64,000 nucleotides of DNA. It comes from Lepidodermella squamata (taxonomy: Eukaryota > Animalia > Gastrotricha). Where the stretch lies: positions 2,170,001 to 2,234,000 of the forward strand of contig JBLDXI010000004.1 in NCBI GenBank assembly GCA_047495785.1, given 5' to 3'. The notes under the pieces were generated by a model that did no database searches, was not told the DNA's origin, and saw only the letters and a program-made list of their open reading frames with translations. This document shows, piece after piece, positions 25,199-37,400 of this stretch. A program made the position numbers and the translations under genes. Numbering within the stretch: the first letter of the stretch is position 1; every line of letters starts with the position of its first letter.

Positions 25199-25940
25199 AT
25201 GCGATATCTGGAGAAAGTGTTTGAACCTGGAACAACGCTTGAAGGCGCGAGAACATTTATATCAAAGAATTTCTCCTATTTGAGCCCCAATTCAAGATGG
25301 AAAACAGGTAAGAACTTGTCCGGCTCAAAACCTACTTAATCAATTTGATTTGTATTTTCTTTAGCAGACGGAAGTTATTCTTATTACTACAAATGCCGTT
25401 ATTACGGCCGCTGTTGCAAAGCTACTGGAGTTTTGTATGTGTCAACCGCTGGTGTTCAAAACTCGTTCAATTTGTTTCGAACATGGCTTAACTTCTGCGA
25501 AGCCCGCTTTCCGGCATCTGGAAATTACCAAACATTTTGTTTCGCAAAATTATTCGAAAATTAGCCGTGATAAGTTATATTTGGAGCTCAAAAAGCATCG
25601 GCTTAGCCAAAATGTACCCTTTGAGAGGTTGCCATCTTATCGGCAGATATCAGCACTTGTATCAAGGATTAGACGTTATTCATCGCCGTCAATATGTAGA
25701 CATCTTTCTCATAAACGAATGATGTTTCTCAAATCCAAAAGGTATAAGTTTCCTTGTGGTCTTTGTGGTAGAAATACTTGTTATCCTAAATCAGAGTGTG
25801 AATCGTTAACGCTGCTTTGTGAGTGCTGTAACTACTGGTATCATTCTTGTTGTTCAGGAGTTTCTGTTGATCACTTCAAGAAACTTCAAAATTTGAAATC
25901 TTCCCTTTGGTTTTGCACTGAATGTTCGTTGTTAAAATAG
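25199..25940 (+). pseudogene. WRKY/FLYWCH-like (Mutator-type) Zn finger + PHD finger gene with one frameshift
   Basis: MRYLEKVFEPG..RWKT|DGSYSYYYKCRYYGRCCKATGVL (GT-AG intron ~25308-25367) shifts frame near 25450-25480 into ORF 25437-25940. That ORF ends in the PHD pattern CGLC..CECCNYWYHSCC..WFCTEC. Confidence 0.65.
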
Positions 25941-26511
25941 ACTTTATGCTTCCTTAATAATGGACAGAGATACACCTATCATTGAACTTTGAATCAAATA
26001 AAAAGGAGCTAAGTTCAGAAAATTGCCTTCTGTGAGGTTTGAATCGCTGATATTGCTAAATAACTAATCAAACTGCCAATCCGTGAGAAGCCCAGGAAGT
26101 TCTAGCTTTGCTGCAACGCAATATTGATCAAAACAATATCATGGCACCATTCGAATTTTTATTTAATATCATCCGGGCAGCAAGTTACGCTCTGTATTAA
26201 GCTCATTTTTCGAAAAATGTTAATGTAAAATATGTAATCACTAGTATTTAATCGGCACCGTGATTGGAACAAGAACACATGCAAGCACAAACAAAATTAT
26301 CAAAATTATTGAGCATACTTCAAATTTATATTTTCAAAAAATTGAGCAAAAAATATCATGAAAAATTATGAACGCCAAAAGATGACGCGAGAAACGCCGA
26401 GAGTAGGATCAAAGTAATAAGAGTAACAATATGAGTAATATAGCAGCTAGCAGACTATCACCGGCAGAATTTGAGCGATAATAAGAACGAAGGCAGTTAG
26501 GAGTAAAATAT

Positions 26512-27126
26512 TTAGTAATGAAGACATGGTTTCTGGCATTTGCAGAACTGGTCACAGCTGTGAAGGCGCTTGAGACAACCGCACCTGCCGTCACAGCTCC
26601 AGCAGGTGCAGTGAAACCGGTTCTCAGCATTCCCTGAGGACGACTCTTCTTCTGACTCGGATTCTTCTTCTTCTGATTCTAATTCTTCGGCTTGACCTTC
26701 AATGCCATGATTTAGAGCAACATCAGCATGAGCTTGAGAATTCCCTGAGGACGACTCTTCTTCTGACTCGGATTCTTCTTCTTCTGACTCGGCTTGACCT
26801 TCAATGCCATGATTTAGAGCAACATCAGCATGAGCTTGAGAATTCCCTGAGGACGACTCTTCTGACTCTTCTACAAGGCCTTGGTTTGCCTCTGTAATTA
26901 AATAACAAAAACAAATAAAAAAGCGAAAGACAAGACCATACTAACCTACGTCAACCTCTGCATTTCCATATCTCCCTAAAATTATAACATAAATGATTAT
27001 ATTATACAGGCAATGGTACCAAACCGTACCTCGGAAACGACACGGGATCTTGCAAACGATGCAAAACAGAAAAATCAAGGCCAAAATTGCCACAATGGCC
27101 AGAATCGCGATTAATAAAAAATCCAT
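26512..27126 (-). CDS. N-terminal TM anchor + acidic repeats + C-terminal tesmin/TSO1-like CXC domain (3 exons)
   Basis: Exons 27126-27030, 26975-26946 and 26891-26512 splice in frame: MDFLLIAILAIVAILALIFLFC...(SEEESSSGNSQAHADVALNHGIEGQA)x2...CTCWSCDGRCGCLKRLHSCDQFCKCQKPC. Confidence 0.75.
26630..26865. repeat. Coding tandem repeat with 111- and 102-bp units
   Basis: ttccctgaggacgactcttc recurs at 26630, 26741 and 26843. Both spacings are multiples of 3. Confidence 0.9.
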
Positions 27127-27627
27127 TTCCTAAATTCAGAACATGAAACAAATTAGTGATGAAGCGATTGAAAAGTCCTCGGCAGAAGACAAGATATGAA
27201 AAGGATTTGTTTCAATGTGATCATTGAAAAATGCTAGTCTGACAACGACCATCAAAGCTACAACGTTAGAAAATGACTTCCTATGACTATGTAGACGGCG
27301 TGCAGGACAGCAAAAATCAAAAACGTGTCTTTTGGCGCGAAATAATTTAAAAAAATCAATTCAATATCTAAACGAAATATATAAACTTTTTTTACAAAAA
27401 TTAACCACTTTTATCATCAAAATAAGGCGTTCGCGCGCTATTTTTTAAAGCCACTTGCCGATTTTTGTTATCTCATTCTCACTGAATTCGTAAACGCCCA
27501 TTCTAGACTTGTTGAAAATTCCACTCAAAGGCGTGATGTTATGCGCAGTTTATTACGCTGGGGATTTAACTTGCCAGGAGCATTTTTCGGCTCAGTTTTG
27601 CTGTGAATTCTGTGTTGGGAAAATGAT

Positions 27628-27768
27628 TTTCAAAGCTATTTTCAAAGAATACCCTCATTTTCAAAGATATTTTCAAAGAAAGCGGTTATTTTCAGAGATA
27701 TTTTCAGAGAAAGCGGTTATTTTCAGAGATATTTTCAGAGAAGACGGTTAGTTTCAGAGATAGTTTCA
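27628..27768. repeat. Minisatellite of TTTTCAGAGA(TA) units with a 31-bp higher period
   Basis: About 10 recurrences of tttcaaaga/tttcagaga; aaagcggttattttcagagatattttcagag is repeated. Confidence 0.8.
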
Positions 27769-27977
27769 GCAAGCTATTCAGCTTGAATCTATTTTGAATG
27801 ATTAATCGTGATTAAAAAATGCTTATAAATGCCTCCTCCAATTTCTTTGGTAGAAATTTTTCAATTTTACGAAATTCTTTTTTTTTCGAAATTTGTGTTT
27901 TTCAAGCGGAAAATGTCGTGCGTTGCATACGTACTAAATGTGCACTATGCGAAACGACAAGTACAAAAGCGGTTACG

Positions 27978-28416
27978 ATGGAAGCCTCCACGCTTGCGTT
28001 CAAATCCGAATCCGATTTCAATTCACCAGCTTCCAATGCTACGCCCAATTCTCCAATGACAATGGAGATTTTGCTTATAGCACTATTTCTGTTAACCCTT
28101 ATCATCTCCATGGGCTGCCTGCCGTTATTCCTCTACATCAAAAGTATGTTCCAAGTATGTTATATAGAAAATTGATAATTTTGGACTTTTTATGCAGAAA
28201 GAAGAAATGGGCATGAAAGGCTGCAAGATTGATTGTCTCGTGAACGACTTACACCATACTCAGAGTGCTAGAAGACTCAGCCTAGAAAAGACTCGTACAA
28301 ATTCGGCTTCTTTTTGCATGAACTGTCTTATTTTTCAATGTTTCAGATGCTTATTTCATATCATCTCGATTTTGGCCCCTTTTGTCACCTCGGGATGGCT
28401 TTTTCACGAATGGTGA
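27978..28416 (+). CDS. Small single-pass membrane protein gene whose second exon runs into the satellite
   Basis: MEAST..ILLIALFLLTLIISMGCLPLFLYIKSMFQ|gtatgt..gcag|KEEMGMKGCKIDC... The frame stops at 28416, within satellite unit 1. Confidence 0.45.
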
Positions 28417-31400
28417 TGTCTGGCGGGCTGAAAAATTGCAAATATTCAGAATCAGCATTGTCGAAAACCCCTGTACAGTCATTTGGGCCATAGGCGGCTC
28501 AGTTTTGACAAAATTTACCCTTTTTCGTGAGCTTTAAAGGCCAGGCGGCTATGCTTTAAGTCCGTTTGAATGTCCATTTTACAAACGGTGATGAATTTAG
28601 GTCTAATTTTTTGCAGATGTTGAGATTCAGCATTGTCGATAACCCTTGACAAATAAATTTGACATTCGTACTGGCCAGATTTCCAAAAAATGTCAATTTA
28701 CGGTGAAAAAAACAGCAAATTTCAAGTTTGCGCAAACTCAAGTCAAATTTTCAATGCGTATGAGTCCTGCCATCCAAGCGGGTAACTGCCACATTGGTGT
28801 AAAGAGGCTAGATTAACCAAATCAAATGCGACGAAGACGATGGCAATGTCAGATTTCATGCCAGAGTTATCGATTCGATAGTCATCGATAAGTTTTGATT
28901 GATTGGTTTATCGATTTTGGCCCCTTTTGTCACCTCGGGATGGCTTTTTCACGAATGGTGATGTCTGGCGGGCTGAAAATTTGCAAATATTCAGAATCAG
29001 CATTGTCGAAAACCCCTGTACAGTCATTTGGGCCATAGGCGGCTCAGTTTTGACAAAATTTACCCTTTTTCGTGAGCTTTAAAGGCCAGGCGGCTATGCT
29101 TTAAGTCCGTTTGAATGTCCATTTTACAAACGGTGATGAATTTAGGTCTAATTTTTTGCAGATGTTGAGATTCAGCATTGTCGATAACCCTTGACAAATA
29201 AATTTGACATTCGTACTGGCCAGATTTCCAAAAAATGTCAATTTACGGTGAAAAAAACAGCAAATTTCAAGTTTGCGCAAACTCAAGTCAAATTTTCAAT
29301 GCGTATGAGTCCTGCCATCCAAGCGGGTAACTGCCACATTGGTGTAAAGAGGCTAGATTAACCAAATCAAATGCGACGAAGACGATGGCAATGTCAGATT
29401 TCATGCCAGAGTTATCGATTCGATAGTCATCGATAAGTTTTGATTGATTGGTTTATCGATTTTGGCCCCTTTTGTCACCTCGGGATGGCTTTTTCACGAA
29501 TGGTGATGTCTGGCGGGCTGAAAATTTGCAAATATTCAGAATCAGCATTGTCGAAAACCCCTGTACAGTCATTTGGGCCATAGGCGGCTCAGTTTTGACA
29601 AAATTTACCCTTTTTCGTGAGCTTTAAAGGCCAGGCGGCTATGCTTTAAGTCCGTTTGAATGTCCATTTTACAAACGGTGATGAATTTAGGTCTAATTTT
29701 TTGCAGATGTTGAGATTCAGCATTGTCGATAACCCTTGACAAATAAATTTGACATTCGTACTGGCCAGATTTCCAAAAAATGTCAATTTACGGTGAAAAA
29801 AACAGCAAATTTCAAGTTTGCGCAAACTCAAGTCAAATTTTCAATGCGTGTGAGTCCTGCCATCCAAGCGGGTAACTGCCACATTGGTGTAAAGAGGCTA
29901 GATTAACCAAATCAAATGCGACGAAGACGATGGCAATGTCAGATTTCATGCCAGAGTTATCGATTCGATAGTCATCGATAAGTTTTGATTGATTGGTTTA
30001 TCGATTTTGGCCCCTTTTGTCACCTCGGGATGGCTTTTTCACGAATGGTGATGTCTGGCGGGCTGAAAATTTGCAAATATTCAGAATCAGCATTGTCGAA
30101 AACCCCTGTACAGTCATTTGGGCCATAGGCGGCTCAGTTTTGACAAAATTTACCCTTTTTCGTGAGCTTTAAAGGCCAGGCGGCTATGCTTTAAGTCCGT
30201 TTGAATGTCCATTTTACAAACGGTGATGAATTTAGGTCTAATTTTTTGCAGATGTTGAGATTCAGCATTGTCGATAACCCTTGACAAATAAATTTGACAT
30301 TCGTACTGGCCAGATTTCCAAAAAATGTCAATTTACGGTGAAAAAAACAGCAAATTTCAAGTTTGCGCAAACTCAAGTCAAATTTTCAATGCGTATGAGT
30401 CCTGCCATCCAAGCGGGTAACTGCCACATTGGTGTAAAGAGGCTAGATTAACCAAATCAAATGCGACGAAGACGATGGCAATGTCAGATTTCATGCCAGA
30501 GTTATCGATTCGATAGTCATCGATAAGTTTTGATTGATTGGTTTATCGATTTTGGCCCCTTTTGTCACCTCGGGATGGCTTTTTCACGAATGGTGATGTC
30601 TGGCGGGCTGAAAATTTGCAAATATTCAGAATCAGCATTGTCGAAAACCCCTGTACAGTCATTTGGGCCATAGGCGGCTCAGTTTTGACAAAATTTACCC
30701 TTTTTCGTGAGCTTTAAAGGCCAGGCGGCTATGCTTTAAGTCCGTTTGAATGTCCATTTTACAAACGGTGATGAATTTAGGTCTAATTTTTTGCAGATGT
30801 TGAGATTCAGCATTGTCGATAACCCTTGACAAATAAATTTGACATTCGTACTGGCCAGATTTCCAAAAAATGTCAATTTACGGTGAAAAAAACAGCAAAT
30901 TTCAAGTTTGCGCAAACTCAAGTCAAATTTTCAATGCGTATGAGTCCTGCCATCCAAGCGGGTAACTGCCACATTGGTGTAAAGAGGCTAGATTAACCAA
31001 ATCAAATGCGACGAAGACGATGGCAATGTCAGATTTCATGCCAGAGTTATCGATTCGATAGTCATCGATAAGTTTTGATTGATTGGTTTATCGATTTTGG
31101 CCCCTTTTGTCACCTCGGGATGGCTTTTTCACGAATGGTGATGTCTGGCGGGCTGAAAATTTGCAAATATTCAGAATCAGCATTGTCGAAAACCCCTGTA
31201 CAGTCATTTGGGCCATAGGCGGCTCAGTTTTGACAAAATTTACCCTTTTTCGTGAGCTTTAAAGGCCAGGCGGCTATGCTTTAAGTCCGTTTGAATGTCC
31301 ATTTTACAAACGGTGATGAATTTAGGTCTAATTTTTTGCAGATGTTGAGATTCAGCATTGTCGATAACCCTTGACAAATAAATTTGACATTCGTACTGGC

Positions 31401-34400
31401 CAGATTTCCAAAAAATGTCAATTTACGGTGAAAAAAACAGCAAATTTCAAGTTTGCGCAAACTCAAGTCAAATTTTCAATGCGTGTGAGTCCTGCCATCC
31501 AAGCGGGTAACTGCCACATTGGTGTAAAGAGGCTAGATTAACCAAATCAAATGCGACGAAGACGATGGCAATGTCAGATTTCATGCCAGAGTTATCGATT
31601 CGATAGTCATCGATAAGTTTTGATTGATTGGTTTATCGATTTTGGCCCCTTTTGTCACCTCGGGATGGCTTTTTCACGAATGGTGATGTCTGGCGGGCTG
31701 AAAATTTGCAAATATTCAGAATCAGCATTGTCGAAAACCCCTGTACAGTCATTTGGGCCATAGGCGGCTCAGTTTTGACAAAATTTACCCTTTTTCGTGA
31801 GCTTTAAAGGCCAGGCGGCTATGCTTTAAGTCCGTTTGAATGTCCATTTTACAAACGGTGATGAATTTAGGTCTAATTTTTTGCAGATGTTGAGATTCAG
31901 CATTGTCGATAACCCTTGACAAATAAATTTGACATTCGTACTGGCCAGATTTCCAAAAAATGTCAATTTACGGTGAAAAAAACAGCAAATTTCAAGTTTG
32001 CGCAAACTCAAGTCAAATTTTCAATGCGTATGAGTCCTGCCATCCAAGCGGGTAACTGCCACATTGGTGTAAAGAGGCTAGATTAACCAAATCAAATGCG
32101 ACGAAGACGATGGCAATGTCAGATTTCATGCCAGAGTTATCGATTCGATAGTCATCGATAAGTTTTGATTGATTGGTTTATCGATTTTGGCCCCTTTTGT
32201 CACCTCGGGATGGCTTTTTCACGAATGGTGATGTCTGGCGGGCTGAAAATTTGCAAATATTCAGAATCAGCATTGTCGAAAACCCCTGTACAGTCATTTG
32301 GGCCATAGGCGGCTCAGTTTTGACAAAATTTACCCTTTTTCGTGAGCTTTAAAGGCCAGGCGGCTATGCTTTAAGTCCGTTTGAATGTCCATTTTACAAA
32401 CGGTGATGAATTTAGGTCTAATTTTTTGCAGATGTTGAGATTCAGCATTGTCGATAACCCTTGACAAATAAATTTGACATTCGTACTGGCCAGATTTCCA
32501 AAAAATGTCAATTTACGGTGAAAAAAACAGCAAATTTCAAGTTTGCGCAAACTCAAGTCAAATTTTCAATGCGTATGAGTCCTGCCATCCAAGCGGGTAA
32601 CTGCCACATTGGTGTAAAGAGGCTAGATTAACCAAATCAAATGCGACGAAGACGATGGCAATGTCAGATTTCATGCCAGAGTTATCGATTCGATAGTCAT
32701 CGATAAGTTTTGATTGATTGGTTTATCGATTTTGGCCCCTTTTGTCACCTCGGGATGGCTTTTTCACGAATGGTGATGTCTGGCGGGCTGAAAATTTGCA
32801 AATATTCAGAATCAGCATTGTCGAAAACCCCTGTACAGTCATTTGGGCCATAGGCGGCTCAGTTTTGACAAAATTTACCCTTTTTCGTGAGCTTTAAAGG
32901 CCAGGCGGCTATGCTTTAAGTCCGTTTGAATGTCCATTTTACAAACGGTGATGAATTTAGGTCTAATTTTTTGCAGATGTTGAGATTCAGCATTGTCGAT
33001 AACCCTTGACAAATAAATTTGACATTCGTACTGGCCAGATTTCCAAAAAATGTCAATTTACGGTGAAAAAAACAGCAAATTTCAAGTTTGCGCAAACTCA
33101 AGTCAAATTTTCAATGCGTATGAGTCCTGCCATCCAAGCGGGTAACTGCCACATTGGTGTAAAGAGGCTAGATTAACCAAATCAAATGCGACGAAGACGA
33201 TGGCAATGTCAGATTTCATGCCAGAGTTATCGATTCGATAGTCATCGATAAGTTTTGATTGATTGGTTTATCGATTTTGGCCCCTTTTGTCACCTCGGGA
33301 TGGCTTTTTCACGAATGGTGATGTCTGGCGGGCTGAAAATTTGCAAATATTCAGAATCAGCATTGTCGAAAACCCCTGTACAGTCATTTGGGCCATAGGC
33401 GGCTCAGTTTTGACAAAATTTACCCTTTTTCGTGAGCTTTAAAGGCCAGGCGGCTATGCTTTAAGTCCGTTTGAATGTCCATTTTACAAACGGTGATGAA
33501 TTTAGGTCTAATTTTTTGCAGATGTTGAGATTCAGCATTGTCGATAACCCTTGACAAATAAATTTGACATTCGTACTGGCCAGATTTCCAAAAAATGTCA
33601 ATTTACGGTGAAAAAAACAGCAAATTTCAAGTTTGCGCAAACTCAAGTCAAATTTTCAATGCGTGTGAGTCCTGCCATCCAAGCGGGTAACTGCCACATT
33701 GGTGTAAAGAGGCTAGATTAACCAAATCAAATGCGACGAAGACGATGGCAATGTCAGATTTCATGCCAGAGTTATCGATTCGATAGTCATCGATAAGTTT
33801 TGATTGATTGGTTTATCGATTTTGGCCCCTTTTGTCACCTCGGGATGGCTTTTTCACGAATGGTGATGTCTGGCGGGCTGAAAATTTGCAAATATTCAGA
33901 ATCAGCATTGTCGAAAACCCCTGTACAGTCATTTGGGCCATAGGCGGCTCAGTTTTGACAAAATTTACCCTTTTTCGTGAGCTTTAAAGGCCAGGCGGCT
34001 ATGCTTTAAGTCCGTTTGAATGTCCATTTTACAAACGGTGATGAATTTAGGTCTAATTTTTTGCAGATGTTGAGATTCAGCATTGTCGATAACCCTTGAC
34101 AAATAAATTTGACATTCGTACTGGCCAGATTTCCAAAAAATGTCAATTTACGGTGAAAAAAACAGCAAATTTCAAGTTTGCGCAAACTCAAGTCAAATTT
34201 TCAATGCGTATGAGTCCTGCCATCCAAGCGGGTAACTGCCACATTGGTGTAAAGAGGCTAGATTAACCAAATCAAATGCGACGAAGACGATGGCAATGTC
34301 AGATTTCATGCCAGAGTTATCGATTCGATAGTCATCGATAAGTTTTGATTGATTGGTTTATCGATTTTGGCCCCTTTTGTCACCTCGGGATGGCTTTTTC

Positions 34401-37400
34401 ACGAATGGTGATGTCTGGCGGGCTGAAAATTTGCAAATATTCAGAATCAGCATTGTCGAAAACCCCTGTACAGTCATTTGGGCCATAGGCGGCTCAGTTT
34501 TGACAAAATTTACCCTTTTTCGTGAGCTTTAAAGGCCAGGCGGCTATGCTTTAAGTCCGTTTGAATGTCCATTTTACAAACGGTGATGAATTTAGGTCTA
34601 ATTTTTTGCAGATGTTGAGATTCAGCATTGTCGATAACCCTTGACAAATAAATTTGACATTCGTACTGGCCAGATTTCCAAAAAATGTCAATTTACGGTG
34701 AAAAAAACAGCAAATTTCAAGTTTGCGCAAACTCAAGTCAAATTTTCAATGCGTATGAGTCCTGCCATCCAAGCGGGTAACTGCCACATTGGTGTAAAGA
34801 GGCTAGATTAACCAAATCAAATGCGACGAAGACGATGGCAATGTCAGATTTCATGCCAGAGTTATCGATTCGATAGTCATCGATAAGTTTTGATTGATTG
34901 GTTTATCGATTTTGGCCCCTTTTGTCACCTCGGGATGGCTTTTTCACGAATGGTGATGTCTGGCGGGCTGAAAATTTGCAAATATTCAGAATCAGCATTG
35001 TCGAAAACCCCTGTACAGTCATTTGGGCCATAGGCGGCTCAGTTTTGACAAAATTTACCCTTTTTCGTGAGCTTTAAAGGCCAGGCGGCTATGCTTTAAG
35101 TCCGTTTGAATGTCCATTTTACAAACGGTGATGAATTTAGGTCTAATTTTTTGCAGATGTTGAGATTCAGCATTGTCGATAACCCTTGACAAATAAATTT
35201 GACATTCGTACTGGCCAGATTTCCAAAAAATGTCAATTTACGGTGAAAAAAACAGCAAATTTCAAGTTTGCGCAAACTCAAGTCAAATTTTCAATGCGTA
35301 TGAGTCCTGCCATCCAAGCGGGTAACTGCCACATTGGTGTAAAGAGGCTAGATTAACCAAATCAAATGCGACGAAGACGATGGCAATGTCAGATTTCATG
35401 CCAGAGTTATCGATTCGATAGTCATCGATAAGTTTTGATTGATTGGTTTATCGATTTTGGCCCCTTTTGTCACCTCGGGATGGCTTTTTCACGAATGGTG
35501 ATGTCTGGCGGGCTGAAAATTTGCAAATATTCAGAATCAGCATTGTCGAAAACCCCTGTACAGTCATTTGGGCCATAGGCGGCTCAGTTTTGACAAAATT
35601 TACCCTTTTTCGTGAGCTTTAAAGGCCAGGCGGCTATGCTTTAAGTCCGTTTGAATGTCCATTTTACAAACGGTGATGAATTTAGGTCTAATTTTTTGCA
35701 GATGTTGAGATTCAGCATTGTCGATAACCCTTGACAAATAAATTTGACATTCGTACTGGCCAGATTTCCAAAAAATGTCAATTTACGGTGAAAAAAACAG
35801 CAAATTTCAAGTTTGCGCAAACTCAAGTCAAATTTTCAATGCGTATGAGTCCTGCCATCCAAGCGGGTAACTGCCACATTGGTGTAAAGAGGCTAGATTA
35901 ACCAAATCAAATGCGACGAAGACGATGGCAATGTCAGATTTCATGCCAGAGTTATCGATTCGATAGTCATCGATAAGTTTTGATTGATTGGTTTATCGAT
36001 TTTGGCCCCTTTTGTCACCTCGGGATGGCTTTTTCACGAATGGTGATGTCTGGCGGGCTGAAAATTTGCAAATATTCAGAATCAGCATTGTCGAAAACCC
36101 CTGTACAGTCATTTGGGCCATAGGCGGCTCAGTTTTGACAAAATTTACCCTTTTTCGTGAGCTTTAAAGGCCAGGCGGCTATGCTTTAAGTCCGTTTGAA
36201 TGTCCATTTTACAAACGGTGATGAATTTAGGTCTAATTTTTTGCAGATGTTGAGATTCAGCATTGTCGATAACCCTTGACAAATAAATTTGACATTCGTA
36301 CTGGCCAGATTTCCAAAAAATGTCAATTTACGGTGAAAAAAACAGCAAATTTCAAGTTTGCGCAAACTCAAGTCAAATTTTCAATGCGTATGAGTCCTGC
36401 CATCCAAGCGGGTAACTGCCACATTGGTGTAAAGAGGCTAGATTAACCAAATCAAATGCGACGAAGACGATGGCAATGTCAGATTTCATGCCAGAGTTAT
36501 CGATTCGATAGTCATCGATAAGTTTTGATTGATTGGTTTATCGATTTTGGCCCCTTTTGTCACCTCGGGATGGCTTTTTCACGAATGGTGATGTCTGGCG
36601 GGCTGAAAATTTGCAAATATTCAGAATCAGCATTGTCGAAAACCCCTGTACAGTCATTTGGGCCATAGGCGGCTCAGTTTTGACAAAATTTACCCTTTTT
36701 CGTGAGCTTTAAAGGCCAGGCGGCTATGCTTTAAGTCCGTTTGAATGTCCATTTTACAAACGGTGATGAATTTAGGTCTAATTTTTTGCAGATGTTGAGA
36801 TTCAGCATTGTCGATAACCCTTGACAAATAAATTTGACATTCGTACTGGCCAGATTTCCAAAAAATGTCAATTTACGGTGAAAAAAACAGCAAATTTCAA
36901 GTTTGCGCAAACTCAAGTCAAATTTTCAATGCGTATGAGTCCTGCCATCCAAGCGGGTAACTGCCACATTGGTGTAAAGAGGCTAGATTAACCAAATCAA
37001 ATGCGACGAAGACGATGGCAATGTCAGATTTCATGCCAGAGTTATCGATTCGATAGTCATCGATAAGTTTTGATTGATTGGTTTATCGATTTTGGCCCCT
37101 TTTGTCACCTCGGGATGGCTTTTTCACGAATGGTGATGTCTGGCGGGCTGAAAATTTGCAAATATTCAGAATCAGCATTGTCGAAAACCCCTGTACAGTC
37201 ATTTGGGCCATAGGCGGCTCAGTTTTGACAAAATTTACCCTTTTTCGTGAGCTTTAAAGGCCAGGCGGCTATGCTTTAAGTCCGTTTGAATGTCCATTTT
37301 ACAAACGGTGATGAATTTAGGTCTAATTTTTTGCAGATGTTGAGATTCAGCATTGTCGATAACCCTTGACAAATAAATTTGACATTCGTACTGGCCAGAT

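Noticed and set aside
26409-26630. 73-aa ORF MLRTGFTAPAG...
   Set aside because: It is an alternative frame of the CXC exon. The Cys-patterned frame is continuous with the upstream exons.
28366-28910. Monomer as a 5S rRNA, SL RNA, snRNA or tRNA unit
   Set aside because: No 5S, tRNA or known spliced-leader sequence was recognised. An Sm-like AATTTTTTG alone is uninformative in AT-rich DNA. An Rfam scan would settle it.
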